Program-made: the position numbers and the translations under genes | UHGV virus genome: UHGV-1390708 | Reading direction: 5' to 3' (one strand) | Length of the DNA stretch: 40,460 nucleotides | Source of the DNA: a virus | The notes under the pieces: model-generated | Seen by the model: only the letters and a program-made list of their open reading frames with translations | Database searches by the model: none | What the model was told of the DNA's origin: nothing | Shown here: positions 26,675-37,839 of the stretch, piece after piece | Position numbering within the stretch: position 1 is the first letter of the stretch | Layout of the letters: every line of letters starts with the position of its first letter

Positions 26675-27928
26675 ATGGCTAACCAATTAGCAAAAGACCT
26701 TGAAATCATGTTCGAAAACTACGTTGAAGGCTTTGAGGCCGCCTGCGTAGTTTCCCGTAACGCTAAAAAATTCCGTCCCGGTGATACAGCAATGCAGCGA
26801 GCAGGTGATGTTCTGTATCGTCCGCAGCATTACCACATGAACATTGAGGAAGGCCTCGACCTCAGCGGAAAAACGCCTACAGCACTGGTTCAGCGCCTTG
26901 TTCCTTCTGTATTCAAGGAGCCGAAAAACATTCTGTACACTCTGGATGCGCGTGAAATGCGTGACCCCGAGCATAAAACTGAAGCTGGTCGCGCCGCAGG
27001 TATGCGCCTTGCTGCACAGATTGACTCTGACCTGATTTCCATGGTTACGCAGCGTGCTACTAACGTGATAACAATGGCTGACTCAACCACTGGTTCACAG
27101 GGCCGTGATTTGTGGAACTGTGCGGCAGGTATTGATGCCACCATGACGGCGATTGGTGTACCGCAGGGTATCAACCGTCGCTCTTTCTGGAACCCCTTCA
27201 ACTACAAAGACCTTGCTGGCGAGCTTGGTCACCGTGCCTACGCTCAGGGCGCAACCCTGACAGCATACGAAAAAGCGCAGATCCCTCCGGTTGCTTCCTT
27301 TGATAGCTACAAGACCGATATTTCTGGTCGATTACCGAAAGGAAGCGCTGAATCCTTGACAGTATCAGGCCAACCTGAACACAAGGTTGAAGCGAAAGAT
27401 TCAAATGGTATGCCAGTTGATAACCGACAGGGGACTATTACGGTATCTGCATCTGGCTTGCAGGTTGGTGATGCGTTCACCATTGCCGGTGTGAATTCCG
27501 TACACCAGATCACAAAAGATACCACCGGGCAACCGCAGGTATTCCGTGTTCTGGCTGTTAGCGGAACTACCGTAACAATCTCTCCAAAGATTCTCCCTGT
27601 TGAAAATACCGATGTTGCGAGTCGTCCATATGCAAACGTCGATGCCAAACCGGCAGAATCAGCAGCAATCACCATTCTCAACAAGAACGCAGCACCGGCT
27701 AACCTGTTCTGGGCTGATGGTTCTGTTGAACTGATGTACGGCAAACTGGCATTCCCGACTGGTCAGGGTCCACAGGTAATGACAGCAACCACCGAGCAGG
27801 GCGCTACGCTGATCATGTCTTACGCCTTCGACCACATCAAAGGCGTAACCACTGCTCGTTTCACCACTCTGTACGGTTGCTCTGTACTTGTTCCTGAATA
27901 TACGGGCATCGTTATTGCCGGGCAGTAA
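26675..27928 (+). CDS. Major coat protein (P22 gp5-like)
   Basis: 417 aa; position and overall pattern (for example 'NLFWADGS') consistent with P22-like coat; strong terminator follows. Confidence 0.85.
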   Translation: MANQLAKDLEIMFENYVEGFEAACVVSRNAKKFRPGDTAMQRAGDVLYRPQHYHMNIEEGLDLSGKTPTALVQRLVPSVFKEPKNILYTLDAREMRDPEHKTEAGRAAGMRLAAQIDSDLISMVTQRATNVITMADSTTGSQGRDLWNCAAGIDATMTAIGVPQGINRRSFWNPFNYKDLAGELGHRAYAQGATLTAYEKAQIPPVASFDSYKTDISGRLPKGSAESLTVSGQPEHKVEAKDSNGMPVDNRQGTITVSASGLQVGDAFTIAGVNSVHQITKDTTGQPQVFRVLAVSGTTVTISPKILPVENTDVASRPYANVDAKPAESAAITILNKNAAPANLFWADGSVELMYGKLAFPTGQGPQVMTATTEQGATLIMSYAFDHIKGVTTARFTTLYGCSVLVPEYTGIVIAGQ

Positions 27929-27935
27929 TTTTGGT

Positions 27936-27956
27936 GGGGCTTCGGCCCCATTTTTA
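27936..27956 (+). terminator. Intrinsic terminator after the coat gene
   Basis: ggggc-ttcg-gcccc hairpin followed by ATTTTTATT. Confidence 0.7.
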
Positions 27957-27969
27957 TTGGGAGAAGACA

Positions 27970-28158
27970 ATGGCACGAACAATGCTCTATAAGCCTGGCA
28001 ACATGATCACCTGTGGTCAGTTTGCTGTCGATTACATCATTGTTGATGACGAAGAAGTTAAATCTCACCTGAAAAAAGGTTGGGTAAAAACCCCTGAAGA
28101 AACCGCAACGAAGCAAAAAGTGGCTAAGGCGGAAGAAGATGGCGAAAACGAAGGGTGA
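27970..28158 (+). CDS. Hypothetical small protein (62 aa)
   Basis: MARTMLYKPGNMITCGQ...; GGGAGA Shine-Dalgarno. The track's 27931 start overlaps the terminator and was rejected. Confidence 0.5.
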   Translation: MARTMLYKPGNMITCGQFAVDYIIVDDEEVKSHLKKGWVKTPEETATKQKVAKAEEDGENEG

Positions 28159-28600
28159 TCTCGTTCTTAAGGCTTTACGAAAAGCCGGGCTGTATTCCAA
28201 TGCCACGTTGACAGATGCTGACCCTCAGGCAATTGAAGATGCCATTAATGACCTCGAAGACATGATGGCAGCATGGCAGGCGAAAGGTATCGAGCTTGGG
28301 TATCAGTTTGCTGATACAGAAAACGGCATCATGCCGTTACCTGACGATGATTCAGGTATCCCTGCATGGGCAAATGATGGTGTCGCTTTGAAACTCGCTG
28401 TGCAAGTGTGCATGGATAACGTCATTCAGCCGTCAGACGCTCTCCTTACCGCTGCTGACAGTGCATATCAAACAATCTGTATCGCTTTAACCAAAATACC
28501 ACCACTTGAGCGGCGAAATGACATGCCTCGCGGTAGTGGTAACAAAAGCGCGTTTACGTGGAATCGGTTTTACATCGAGAAAGATGATTCGAGTACGTGA
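28139..28600 (+). CDS. Head-completion / tail-adaptor protein (P22 gp4-like)
   Basis: 'KTKGDLVLKALRKAGL..ATLTDADPQ...DLEDMMAAW' resembles P22 gp4 from memory. Confidence 0.7.
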   Translation: MAKTKGDLVLKALRKAGLYSNATLTDADPQAIEDAINDLEDMMAAWQAKGIELGYQFADTENGIMPLPDDDSGIPAWANDGVALKLAVQVCMDNVIQPSDALLTAADSAYQTICIALTKIPPLERRNDMPRGSGNKSAFTWNRFYIEKDDSST

Positions 28601-28609
28601 GGTGAATAA

Positions 28610-30028
28610 ATGCCGATTCAGCAACTTCCGCTTATGAAAGGTGTCGGCAAAGACTTTCGAAACGCCGACTATATCGACTATCTGCCAGTGAATATGTTGG
28701 CTACACCCAAAGAAATCCTCAACAGCAGCGGATATCTTCGCTCATTCCCTGGCATTGCCAAACGTTCTGATGTGAACGGTATATCGCGCGGCGTCGAGTA
28801 CAACATGGCGCAGAGTGCTGTATATCGCGTGTGTGGGGGCAAGCTGTATAAGGGCGAAAGCGAAGTCGGTGACGTCGCTGGAAGTGGTCGCGTATCAATG
28901 GCGCATGGTCGGACATCTCAGGCTGTAGGCGTTAATGGTCAACTGGTCGAGTATCGCTATGATGGCACGGTTAAAACCGTCTCAAACTGGCCTACAGACA
29001 GCGGATTCACACAGTATGAGTTAGGCTCAGTCCGCGACATTACACGCTTACGTGGGCGTTATGCGTGGTCAAAAGACGGAACTGATTCATGGTTTATCAC
29101 TGACCTTGAAGACGAATCGCATCCTGACCGTTATAGCGCACAATATCGCGCAGAATCGCAGCCTGACGGCATCATCGGCATCGGAACATGGCGAGACTTC
29201 ATCGTATGCTTTGGTTCATCAACGATTGAATATTTCTCCCTGACTGGTGCAACCACCGTTGGTGCCGCTTTGTATGTCGCACAGCCATCGCTGATGGTGC
29301 AGAAAGGTATTGCCGGGACTTACTGCAAAACGCCATTCGCTGATTCTTATGCGTTCATCAGCAATCCGGCAACAGGTGCGCCGTCTGTGTACATCATCGG
29401 TTCCGGTCAGGTATCACCAATCGCCAGCGCGAGCATTGAGAAAATCCTCCGCTCCTACACTGCTGATGAACTGGCTGATGGTGTGATGGAATCGCTGCGA
29501 TTTGATGCTCATGAGTTGCTGATTATCCACCTTCCGCGCCATGTTCTCGTGTACGACGCATCTTCAAGCGCCAATGGTCCGCAATGGTGTGTACTGAAAA
29601 CAGGCCTGTATGACGATGTGTACCGCGCTATCGACTTCATTTACGAAGGCAATCAGATAACGTGCGGCGATAAGCTGGAGTCCGTGACCGGGAAATTGCA
29701 GTTCGATATCAGCAGCCAGTACGACAAGCAACAGGAACACCTGCTGTTTACTCCGTTGTTCAAAGCAGATAACGCCAGAGTTTTCGACCTTGAAGTTGAA
29801 TCTTCAACTGGCGTTGCGCAGTACGCTGACCGCCTGTTCCTCTCTGCAACCACTGACGGCATCAATTACGGTCGTGAGCAGATGATTGAGCAGAATGAAC
29901 CGTTCGTTTACGACAAACGCGTTTTGTGGAAGCGGGTCGGACGCATCAGGAAAAATGTCGGCTTCAAATTGCGTGTTATCACGAAGTCACCTGTCACTCT
30001 GTCAGGTTGCCAGATAAGGATTGAGTAA
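28610..30028 (+). CDS. Tail hub protein (P22 gp10-like)
   Basis: 472 aa, the same length and position as P22 gp10. Confidence 0.7.
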   Translation: MPIQQLPLMKGVGKDFRNADYIDYLPVNMLATPKEILNSSGYLRSFPGIAKRSDVNGISRGVEYNMAQSAVYRVCGGKLYKGESEVGDVAGSGRVSMAHGRTSQAVGVNGQLVEYRYDGTVKTVSNWPTDSGFTQYELGSVRDITRLRGRYAWSKDGTDSWFITDLEDESHPDRYSAQYRAESQPDGIIGIGTWRDFIVCFGSSTIEYFSLTGATTVGAALYVAQPSLMVQKGIAGTYCKTPFADSYAFISNPATGAPSVYIIGSGQVSPIASASIEKILRSYTADELADGVMESLRFDAHELLIIHLPRHVLVYDASSSANGPQWCVLKTGLYDDVYRAIDFIYEGNQITCGDKLESVTGKLQFDISSQYDKQQEHLLFTPLFKADNARVFDLEVESSTGVAQYADRLFLSATTDGINYGREQMIEQNEPFVYDKRVLWKRVGRIRKNVGFKLRVITKSPVTLSGCQIRIE

Positions 30029-30729
30029 TGGCTGATTCGAATCTCAATGTGCCGGTAATCACCCAAGCTACGCGGCTTGATGCTTCAATTTTGCCACGCA
30101 ATATATTCAGCCAGTCTTACCTACTATATGTCATAAATCAGGGAGCTGATGTCGGTGCAATTGCCGGGAAGGCAAATCAGGCCGGTCAGGGCGCTTACGA
30201 TTCCCAGGTAAAAAACGATGAACAGGATGTCGAACTGGCTGATCACGACGCAAGAATCACCGCAAACACAAAAGCGATAAATCTCCTTGAGGTCAGGTTA
30301 ACAACCGCCGAAGGGAAGATAGTCGTACTGCGTAGCGATGTTGATTACTTGCTGGATGAGGTTATCGATATTCAGGCGCATCTGGTCACTGTTGACCAAA
30401 GACTGGATGGCGTAGAAAGCGATGTATCTGACATTAAGAGTGATTACGTATCGAAAACCGTAACCGAATCGCAGTCTCTTGCGTCACCGATGGATGTAAA
30501 AACATCATATTCAGTTGATGGAATTCAGGTCGTTGGAGCAAGGCAGACCGGATGGACTGCAGCCACAGGTACGCCACTTCTTGGCTCATTCAACGCAAAC
30601 CAGTCATACACTGTCGGCACTACGTACACGCAATCCGAAGTCGCAGCTCTCGCTACAGGTTTGCAGCAGGCGCGGCAGCGTATTCTGGCGCTTGAAACGG
30701 CACTTAGATTACATGGGCTGATTGACTGA
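30028..30729 (+). CDS. Tail needle protein (P22 gp26-like)
   Basis: 233 aa; N-terminus '[40 protein letters not shown]' and C-terminal '...LHGLID' match P22 gp26 as I recall it. Confidence 0.85.
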   Translation: MADSNLNVPVITQATRLDASILPRNIFSQSYLLYVINQGADVGAIAGKANQAGQGAYDSQVKNDEQDVELADHDARITANTKAINLLEVRLTTAEGKIVVLRSDVDYLLDEVIDIQAHLVTVDQRLDGVESDVSDIKSDYVSKTVTESQSLASPMDVKTSYSVDGIQVVGARQTGWTAATGTPLLGSFNANQSYTVGTTYTQSEVAALATGLQQARQRILALETALRLHGLID

Positions 30730-31184
30730 TGATTACATTCAAACCAACGCGAAACATCGACCTGATCGAAGCAGTAGGAAATCACCCTGACATTATCTCC
30801 GGGAGCAACAACGGTGATGGATACGACTACAAACCTGAATGCCGTTACTTTGAGGTGAACGTGCACGGGCAGTTCGGCGGCATTGTTTACTATCAGGAAA
30901 TTCAGCCTCTTACATTCGATTGCCACGCCATGTACCTGCCAGAGATTCGCGGCTTCAGCAAGGAAATCGGTCTGGCGTTCTGGCGATACATTCTGACTAA
31001 CACCACCGTTCAGTGCGTCACATCGTTCGCTGCGCGCAAATTCCGCCACGGTCAGATGTACTGCGCAATGATTGGCCTTAAGCGTGTAGGAACCATCAAG
31101 AAATACTTCAAAGGCGTGGATGACGTGACGTTTTACAGCGCCACACGCGAAGAACTAATCGACTTCCTGAATCACGGGAGATAG
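30729..31184 (+). CDS. Hypothetical virion protein in the gp14 position
   Basis: 151-aa ORF between the needle and ejection genes; assignment by position only. Confidence 0.5.
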   Translation: MITFKPTRNIDLIEAVGNHPDIISGSNNGDGYDYKPECRYFEVNVHGQFGGIVYYQEIQPLTFDCHAMYLPEIRGFSKEIGLAFWRYILTNTTVQCVTSFAARKFRHGQMYCAMIGLKRVGTIKKYFKGVDDVTFYSATREELIDFLNHGR

Positions 31185-31186
31185 CC

Positions 31187-31879
31187 ATGTTATATGCATT
31201 TAAGCTGGGCAGAAAACTGCGCGGCGAGGAACCTTGGTGCCCTGAAAAAGGCGGGAAAGGTGGTAGCTCTGATAAAAGCGCAAAGTATGCAGCAGAAGCT
31301 CAGAAGTATGCCGCAGACCTGCAAAATCAGCAGTTCAACACCATCATGAACAACCTGAAGCCGTTTACTCCTCTGGCTGAGAAGTATGTCGGCAGCCTCG
31401 AGAACTTATCGTCTCTGGAGGGGCAAGGTCAGGCACTTAACCAGTATTACAACTCTCAGCAGTACAAAGACCTTGCAGGTCAGGCTCGCTATCAGAGTCT
31501 GGCGGCAGCGGAAGCAACAGGTGGATTGGGTTCCACTGCAACCAGTAATCAGTTAGCAACAATCGCACCAACGCTTGGTCAGCAATGGCTATCTGGACAA
31601 ATGAACAATTACAACAACCTGGCAAATATCGGTCTTGGCGCTCTTCAGGGGCAGGCAAACGCCGGGCAAACATATGCCAACAACATGAGTCAGATTTCAC
31701 AGCAAAGCGCGGCGCTGGCTGCGGCAAACGCCAACCGACCGTCAGCATTGCAGCAGGGGGTTAGTGGTGCTGCATCCGGTGCGCTTTTGGGTGGTGGCAT
31801 AGCCAGTGCTCTCGAGCTATCAACTCCGTGGGGTGCTGGTATCGGTGCTGGTCTTGGTCTGCTTGGCTCGTTGTTTTAA
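31187..31879 (+). CDS. Ejection protein (P22 gp7-like)
   Basis: 'MLYAFKLGRKLRGEEP..PEKGGKGGSS' N-terminus and Q/N/A/G-rich body resemble P22 gp7. Confidence 0.8.
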   Translation: MLYAFKLGRKLRGEEPWCPEKGGKGGSSDKSAKYAAEAQKYAADLQNQQFNTIMNNLKPFTPLAEKYVGSLENLSSLEGQGQALNQYYNSQQYKDLAGQARYQSLAAAEATGGLGSTATSNQLATIAPTLGQQWLSGQMNNYNNLANIGLGALQGQANAGQTYANNMSQISQQSAALAAANANRPSALQQGVSGAASGALLGGGIASALELSTPWGAGIGAGLGLLGSLF

Positions 31880-31889
31880 GGGGTAATCA

Positions 31890-33305
31890 ATGGCTACGTG
31901 GCAACAGGGTATTAATTCTGGTGGTTTTCTGGCTGGCATCGGTACGCAAAATGAGAATGCGCCAAAGGCAAGCGACATTAACGCAACGCTTGGTCTGATC
32001 CGCGAAAACAATGAACTGGCTCGCTCAGGTGCAAATAACGTTGGTCTGACCGCGTTACGTGGTCTGGCTGGAGTTGCTGATATTTATAAGCAGGAACAGC
32101 AACAGAAAGCGATTAATGCGTTCAATAAGGTTCATGCTGATGCATGGGCTTCTGGTGATCCATCGGGACTATTTAAGTTTGCCAAGGAAAATCCAGCGTT
32201 TGTTGCGCAGGCACAACAGGCGTTTTCCGGTCTTAATGAGCAGCAACGCAACGATATGGGCGATTTAGCCATGAGGGCTAACGTCGCTCTTTCTCAGGGA
32301 CCGGAAGCCTACAGTAAATTCATTACTGACAACAAGGACAGGTTAAATCGCGTTGGTGTTAATGCTGACTGGATGATTCAGACAGGTATCCAGAATCCAG
32401 AGCAGCTATCACACATGCTGACTACTATGTCTCTCGGTGCGCTTGGACCAGAAAAGGCGTTTGCTGTTCAGGACAAGATGGCTGGTCGTGAGATTGATCG
32501 CGGAAAACTTGCAGAGACAATCCGCAGCAATCAGGCTGGTGAAGCACTTCAGGCGAGAGGGCAAAACCTTTCCTATCAGTCAGCAATGACTGGGCACAAT
32601 ATCGCAGCACAACGCTTGGCTCTGGATCAGCAAGAGTTCGGGTTTAAGATGCAGCAAGCGCAGGAAAAGGCTCAGCAGTTGATTAGCGAAGCACCTAAGC
32701 TGTCAGTAAACATGGAAAAAGGCATCGAGACGGCTGTAAACAATGCTACAGCATCATCAAACTCAGCCAATTCTATGAGTGCGCTTGCTCAACAGTTCAG
32801 AGCAGAAAAACCAACGACAGGTTTGTTCGGTAACGCACAGAACATGTTCGCAAAACTTACCGGAAGCGATACAACATTGCGTGATTTGCGCATTCGCCAA
32901 AATGCCCTTGTTAACAGTCAGGTTCTTAAATTCCTACCTCCCGGCCCAGCAACGGATAAAGACGTTGAGATCGTTCGACAGGGTGCGCCAACTGACATGG
33001 ATAACCCTGAGACGGTCGCAAGATGGCTTGATGCAATGGCAAACCTTGAGCGACGAAACGCGCAGTTTAATGAGTTTAAAGCCGAGTGGATGAGCGCGAA
33101 TGGCAACCCTGGACAATCGCGTAATGGCGGTCAGATATTGGGGTTGGATGTTAAAAAAGGTGAATCATTGGGGAGTGCCGTTAAGCGGTATATGTCAATG
33201 AATACTGACGCAGCACCAGCGCAAGATTCGACACCTTCAGGAGAAACACCGAATCAGGTTGGATCATATACCTCAAAATCAGGCATTCAATTTACGGTGG
33301 AATGA
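31890..33305 (+). CDS. Ejection protein (P22 gp20-like)
   Basis: 471 aa, the same length and position as P22 gp20. Confidence 0.7.
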   Translation: MATWQQGINSGGFLAGIGTQNENAPKASDINATLGLIRENNELARSGANNVGLTALRGLAGVADIYKQEQQQKAINAFNKVHADAWASGDPSGLFKFAKENPAFVAQAQQAFSGLNEQQRNDMGDLAMRANVALSQGPEAYSKFITDNKDRLNRVGVNADWMIQTGIQNPEQLSHMLTTMSLGALGPEKAFAVQDKMAGREIDRGKLAETIRSNQAGEALQARGQNLSYQSAMTGHNIAAQRLALDQQEFGFKMQQAQEKAQQLISEAPKLSVNMEKGIETAVNNATASSNSANSMSALAQQFRAEKPTTGLFGNAQNMFAKLTGSDTTLRDLRIRQNALVNSQVLKFLPPGPATDKDVEIVRQGAPTDMDNPETVARWLDAMANLERRNAQFNEFKAEWMSANGNPGQSRNGGQILGLDVKKGESLGSAVKRYMSMNTDAAPAQDSTPSGETPNQVGSYTSKSGIQFTVE

Positions 33306-35428
33306 TGAAAGTAACTGCAAACGGTAAGACATTTACCTTCCCTGATGGTACGAGCACGGAAGATATTGGCACCGCCATTGATGAGTATTTTGCTGGTCAG
33401 GCTGTTCAGCAACAAACAGTTAATCAGGACAATAATGCACCAACACGGGAAGAACCATCATTGATGCAACAAGCTGGCGATTGGCTCACTGGTGGTCAAA
33501 GTGCAGGGCAAATTGCAGAACAGGCTGGTCGTGGTCTGGTAAACATACCATTTGACGTATTGCAGGGTGGCGCAAGTCTGATTAATGCAATCAGCCAGGG
33601 GCTTGGTGGCCCCAAGGTTTTGGATGATGTTTATCGCCCTGTCGATCGACCGACAGACCCTTGGGCGCAAGCCGGTGAAACAATTGGTGGGTATCTCCTG
33701 CCAATTGGCACAGCGGCAAAAGTTGCTGGAGCGCCAGCAAAGCTCGCAGGAGACATCGGTTCCGCAGGAAACATGATTGCAGGTTCTCTTGCTGATGCTG
33801 CAAATCAGGAGGGTGATTTTGCACAAAATGCTGCCATTAACGGTGGTATCAATATTGGTGCTCAAGGCGTTCTTTCAGGTGTCGGGCGCGTTATTGCGCC
33901 AAGGGTTTCACAGGCTCTTGGTGGTGCAGCACTGAATTCTGCTAATGATGTTTCTAGGATGGCAAAGTCAGGTGCTGGGCGTCAGTCAATTGCCAGTCAG
34001 GCCGCTAATGTGTCCGAAGATGTAGCAAAAGCGGCTGAGTCTGCTGGAATTGATATAAACGCATTAACACCAGGAATGCGATCTGGAAGTCGTGGAATTG
34101 CACAAGCCGAAGGCGCATTGGCATCAACACCTGGAATTGTTCAGGACGCCCATCAGGCAGCATTTAACGAAATATCATCAAAGTTAAGTCGAAACCTTGA
34201 TGAATTTGGGGCCACATCTGGAACGGCATCAGAAAAAAGTGCGGCTATAAAACAAAGGATTCTTCAAAATCTTGATCAGATGAAGGATGCCGAGCGCGCG
34301 GCATGGGATGACGTGCGGTCAACAATGCCAAATCAAAAAGCAAGAATGCTAAATGGTAATGCCGTTATTCAGGCAGAGCGATCTGCTGGCATACCGCTTA
34401 CTCCTGAAATGAAACAGTTTGTTCAGGCAAACAATCAAGGTGGAGTAACATTTGATGGCATGAAAGCATGGAGAGCGAAATTTGCTGATGCGGAGCAAAA
34501 ATATAAGCGTAGCGGAGAGGCAAATGCGGCAAGGAGAGCAGGGGAAATACGCCGGGCAATTACTGATGATATGCGCACAATGGCGGAAAACGGCGGATTT
34601 CTTGATGACTGGCAGAAAGCTAATGATCTGTCTAAAGCGAGGTTATCAGCACAAGAGAGTGCAGAGTCTGTTTTCGGGCGTGATTTGGCAACAGATGCAC
34701 TGATTACGAATGGAGTAAAATCCCTTCAATCATCGTCAGCTAAAGGTCTTAATGGTCCTGCTGGATTCCATTCTATGATCCGCGCGCTGCCAGAATCAGA
34801 GCGTGTTCCTGCTATTTCATCAATGTTGCAAGATGCTATCTCGCATGGTGTACGTGGTGGCAAAGCTGATGCAGCAGGAATTAACCATATCGCAGAGATA
34901 CTGACTCCACAAAATGTAAAAGCCATTAGCCGATATTCCTCAGAGCTTGGAAGAATTGCTGATGCATATGGCACTCTTGCAAGAGCAGCAGTGAAACCTC
35001 AGCAGTATATTGAAAGAACAGGTAGAACTGCCAATGTACTACGCGATCTGGATGCTGGTTTATCCAACGTCACATCAACAGTGTTAAATGCAATTGCCAA
35101 TTCAACATCAGGTGCCATTGTTGGTGGCGCTGGAGGAGGCATTGCAGGCGCTGCCGCAGGTGCTTTAGTTGGCGCTGGGTTAAAAGGCGCTGTATCTAAA
35201 ATTGCCACCACACGTAGTGGTCGGTATGCGATAGAGAAAGCAGTTCAGGAAGCAACTAAAGCAGTAAGAGCAGGCGGAAGCAAAGAAGCATTAGCGGCGG
35301 CGGAACGCAGATTTATGGCAAATAAGGCCGCCGTAAAAGCAATACGCGAGGCACTAGGAAACGAAGAGTTCCAGCGTTTAGCAAGGGCTGGAATTGTGGC
35401 ATCGCTTAGCGGAATGGCACAGGAGTAA
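33302..35428 (+). CDS. Ejection protein (P22 gp16-like)
   Basis: 708-aa Ala/Gly-rich protein, last gene of the ejection block. Confidence 0.7.
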   Translation: MMKVTANGKTFTFPDGTSTEDIGTAIDEYFAGQAVQQQTVNQDNNAPTREEPSLMQQAGDWLTGGQSAGQIAEQAGRGLVNIPFDVLQGGASLINAISQGLGGPKVLDDVYRPVDRPTDPWAQAGETIGGYLLPIGTAAKVAGAPAKLAGDIGSAGNMIAGSLADAANQEGDFAQNAAINGGINIGAQGVLSGVGRVIAPRVSQALGGAALNSANDVSRMAKSGAGRQSIASQAANVSEDVAKAAESAGIDINALTPGMRSGSRGIAQAEGALASTPGIVQDAHQAAFNEISSKLSRNLDEFGATSGTASEKSAAIKQRILQNLDQMKDAERAAWDDVRSTMPNQKARMLNGNAVIQAERSAGIPLTPEMKQFVQANNQGGVTFDGMKAWRAKFADAEQKYKRSGEANAARRAGEIRRAITDDMRTMAENGGFLDDWQKANDLSKARLSAQESAESVFGRDLATDALITNGVKSLQSSSAKGLNGPAGFHSMIRALPESERVPAISSMLQDAISHGVRGGKADAAGINHIAEILTPQNVKAISRYSSELGRIADAYGTLARAAVKPQQYIERTGRTANVLRDLDAGLSNVTSTVLNAIANSTSGAIVGGAGGGIAGAAAGALVGAGLKGAVSKIATTRSGRYAIEKAVQEATKAVRAGGSKEALAAAERRFMANKAAVKAIREALGNEEFQRLARAGIVASLSGMAQE

Positions 35429-35758
35429 TTAGTCATCCATGGATGGATTGAGCTTATCTCGTGTTGATGTGGCAATTTTACCAACATTTTTCAACCAAGA
35501 TTTTAAGAAGGATATGTCGTCCTTAATATCATGAATATCCTCATTCTTTATACGATCAACCTTATCCTCTAGGCTCTCTATAGAACGCTCAATGCTAGAC
35601 AGAGAGATTTTTAAGTCTCCTTGCTCACGTTCCAGTGAGGATTTGAGAGCACAATATTCGTTTTCTAGAATTCCTATTTTTTTTGTTAGAGAGTGCATTC
35701 GATACTCATACACCAAACTAGAAACGACTAATGCAGCCAACAGAAACCATTCAAGCAC
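35429..35758 (-). CDS. Small membrane plus coiled-coil protein (GTG start)
   Basis: ORF 35429..35974 trimmed to a GTG preceded by AGGAGG; this removes the overlap with the divergent gene. Transmembrane helix LEWFLLAALVVSSLVY then coiled coil; AT-rich. Confidence 0.5.
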   Translation of the reverse strand: MLEWFLLAALVVSSLVYEYRMHSLTKKIGILENEYCALKSSLEREQGDLKISLSSIERSIESLEDKVDRIKNEDIHDIKDDISFLKSWLKNVGKIATSTRDKLNPSMDD

Positions 35759-35788
35759 ACCAACCTCCTTAGTTTTGCGCAGGATACC

Positions 35789-36154
35789 ATGAAAAAAGTT
35801 AACATTGGAAACGTACCAAAAATGCTCGTTCCGCTCTTTGAGAGCGGTACAATTGTGTTTTGTAGAGACTTTCCAGAATGGCAACGCCTGCATCAAAAAC
35901 TTGGTGTGGACGTGCAGGACTCGGATGCCAACGGAGCGTCTCATACAATGAGCAGCGAGAATGGTGTTTTGCATGTGATAGGCGTGTTCAATGGCAAACT
36001 ATCTACTATTGCCCATGAGTGCGCTCACATGGCATTCGATATCTGCTCAAGGGTCGGTGTTGATGTTGAACCAGGAAGAGCCAACGAGACTTACTGCTAC
36101 TTAATGAGCAGGCTTGTTGAGTTCTGCGAGCGACATATCAAAAAGCCGGAGTGA
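35789..36154 (+). CDS. Putative small zinc metallopeptidase-like protein (HExxH)
   Basis: 121-aa ORF with 'IAHECAHMAFD' (HExxH) and a downstream Glu; no recognisable signal peptide. Confidence 0.55.
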   Translation: MKKVNIGNVPKMLVPLFESGTIVFCRDFPEWQRLHQKLGVDVQDSDANGASHTMSSENGVLHVIGVFNGKLSTIAHECAHMAFDICSRVGVDVEPGRANETYCYLMSRLVEFCERHIKKPE

Positions 36155-36170
36155 CCCGGCTTGATTATTA
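36136..36170. terminator. Bidirectional terminator between convergent genes
   Basis: Hairpin agccgg-agtgac-ccggct with T-rich tracts on both strands. Confidence 0.5.
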
Positions 36171-36347
36171 CTTTTTGCTGTCTGGAGTTCGCTTATCTAA
36201 TACCCAGCCATGACCTGGCTTTGTTGTTGGTGGAAGCCTTTCGTTGTCCTTGACGGTGGCAAAATTGTCTTTCTTACCGCCGCGCGGGCCAACTTCTTGG
36301 TATATTCCGCCGTTTTTTCCTGTGTTTTCACCTGGTTTTTTCGCCAT
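36168..36347 (-). CDS. Small basic Gly/Lys-rich protein (59 aa)
   Basis: MAKKPGENTGKNGGIYQEVGPRGGKKDNFATV...; GAGGT Shine-Dalgarno. The track's longer start was rejected. Confidence 0.5.
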   Translation of the reverse strand: MAKKPGENTGKNGGIYQEVGPRGGKKDNFATVKDNERLPPTTKPGHGWVLDKRTPDSKK

Positions 36348-36436
36348 GATATACCTCAACATGCACTCGTTATTGGGCGATTAAATATTGATCTCATTTT
36401 ATGAGTAGTCAATATGGTCCAAAAAAGGCAAAAATT

Positions 36437-36464
36437 AACCCACCTTCAGGTGGGTTTTTTGTTT
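36437..36464. terminator. Bidirectional terminator overlapping the 3' end of the Mnt-like gene
   Basis: aacccacc-ttca-ggtgggtt hairpin with T-runs on both strands. Confidence 0.5.
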
Positions 36465-36766
36465 AGCAGTTCTCTCAACTTTTCGTTCTGCTCTCTGAAC
36501 TTTTCCTGTATTTCTTTTTGCATGGCGATAACCTGGGCTTGAAGTTGAACTAGCGCATCAACATTTAGCGGAACCGAGACGCTGTTGATTTTATCTGCTA
36601 TTTCCCCGAGTGTATTTTCTGCATTCAAGGCATCTTCCAGTATCTGAACAATCTCTGAGTTCATTGATCTGCCGTTACGTTTGGCTCGTTCAGCTATAGC
36701 ATCCCGCATTCCTGCAGGAAGCCTGATATTGAACCTATCCATTTCATGACTAGGGAACTTGCTCAT
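36446..36766 (-). CDS. Mnt-like ribbon-helix-helix repressor (copy 1)
   Basis: 'FNIRLPAGMRDAIAERAKRNGRSMNSEIVQILEDAL' is an Arc/Mnt-type RHH motif; diverges from the Arc-like gene across an operator region. Confidence 0.7.
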   Translation of the reverse strand: MSKFPSHEMDRFNIRLPAGMRDAIAERAKRNGRSMNSEIVQILEDALNAENTLGEIADKINSVSVPLNVDALVQLQAQVIAMQKEIQEKFREQNEKLRELLNKKPT

Positions 36767-36801
36767 ATGACCTCAACGTAAAGATGTTCGCTAAACAATA
36801 G

Positions 36802-36857
36802 CACCAACTTGACATCAAAATAAATGGTGTTAAATTGGTTCTAGAACCAAGTTGGTA
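36802..36857. promoter_or_regulatory. RHH-repressor operator: 12-bp perfect palindrome inside a larger inverted repeat, with a TTGACA -35-like hexamer
   Basis: GGTTCTAGAACC (36837-36848) flanked by CACCAACTTG ... CAAGTTGGT; TTGACA at 36809-36814. Confidence 0.55.
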
Positions 36858-36877
36858 TCATTATAGGAGGATTACTT

Positions 36878-37051
36878 ATGAAAGATGTGCTTTACACAGG
36901 TCGTAAAAGTCAAAGTTTTCAGCTTCGTTTGCCAGCGCGAATGAAGGAGGAGATTAGACGTGTTGCTGAAATGGATGGAATTTCTATCAACTCTGCGATT
37001 GTGCAGCGACTGGCTAAAAGCCTGAGAGAGGAAAGAGCTAATGCCCAGTAA
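36878..37051 (+). CDS. Arc-like ribbon-helix-helix repressor
   Basis: Manual translation MKDVLYTGRKSQSFQLRLPARMKEEIRRVAEMDGISINSAIVQRLAKSLREERANAQ; GGAGG Shine-Dalgarno. Confidence 0.6.
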   Translation: MKDVLYTGRKSQSFQLRLPARMKEEIRRVAEMDGISINSAIVQRLAKSLREERANAQ

Positions 37052-37751
37052 AAATAGTGAAGCCCAGCAGTGCGCGAACACAAACTGGGCCTCTATGTCA
37101 GTAACCGTATGCAAGGAAACTAACATGAATATTGTAGCAAAATCAGATTACAACTTCCACGGAGTTGAGTTGGTGCCCACCCGTGATATGCATGGTGTTT
37201 GGTTTACATCATCTAATATTGCATCTGCACTTAAATACGCAAATAGTCGTGCAGTAACAATGATTTATAACAAGTATAGCGATGAGTTTAGCGCCGGAAT
37301 GACTCAGGTACTCGAAGTGAGTACCTCAGGAAATTATCGCAAAAAAGTGCGAGTTTTCTCACTACGCGGTGCCCACCTAATCGCGATGTTTGCTCGCACT
37401 CCGGTAGCCAAAGAGTTCCGCCGCTGGGTGCTGGATATTTTGGATCGGCAGGCAGAATGCTCACCGATTGCAAAACAGTTTACTGACGAAGAACTGGTTA
37501 ATCTCTGCTACTTACAATTGTGGATGGAGAAGAGTCAACAAATGTGCAAACACATCTACCCAGGAATGAAGCAAATTGGTTCTGAGCTTTCAGGAAGGAT
37601 TTACGATATTGCATATGAGACTCGCTACATGTCAGAAGAAACCAAGAAATCACTTCTTCGTGAAATGAAGAATCTTGATACCAACAATTTTGTCGTAAAG
37701 AACGCTCAGCCAATACTGGCAAAACTGCGCGGCGAGGAATGGATTCATTGA
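37041..37751 (+). CDS. ant: Antirepressor Ant (Bro-N-type)
   Basis: 236-aa ORF downstream of the Arc-like gene; Bro-N-like 'FHGVELVPTRDMHGVWFTSSNIASAL'. An alternative start at 37127 (MNIVAKS, AAGGAA Shine-Dalgarno) is possible. Confidence 0.7.
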   Translation: MPSKNSEAQQCANTNWASMSVTVCKETNMNIVAKSDYNFHGVELVPTRDMHGVWFTSSNIASALKYANSRAVTMIYNKYSDEFSAGMTQVLEVSTSGNYRKKVRVFSLRGAHLIAMFARTPVAKEFRRWVLDILDRQAECSPIAKQFTDEELVNLCYLQLWMEKSQQMCKHIYPGMKQIGSELSGRIYDIAYETRYMSEETKKSLLREMKNLDTNNFVVKNAQPILAKLRGEEWIH

Positions 37752-37770
37752 TTGGTGCGCCGGACGGCGC

Positions 37771-37801
37771 AAAAAGAAAACCGCCAGTGTGCTGCTGGCG
37801 G
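37771..37801 (-). terminator. Putative minus-strand terminator
   Basis: ccgccag-N7-ctggcgg hairpin followed on the minus strand by TTTTCTTTTT. Confidence 0.3.
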
Positions 37802-37839
37802 CCTATGTCACACCCTTACTACCACATAAGGAATGCCTA

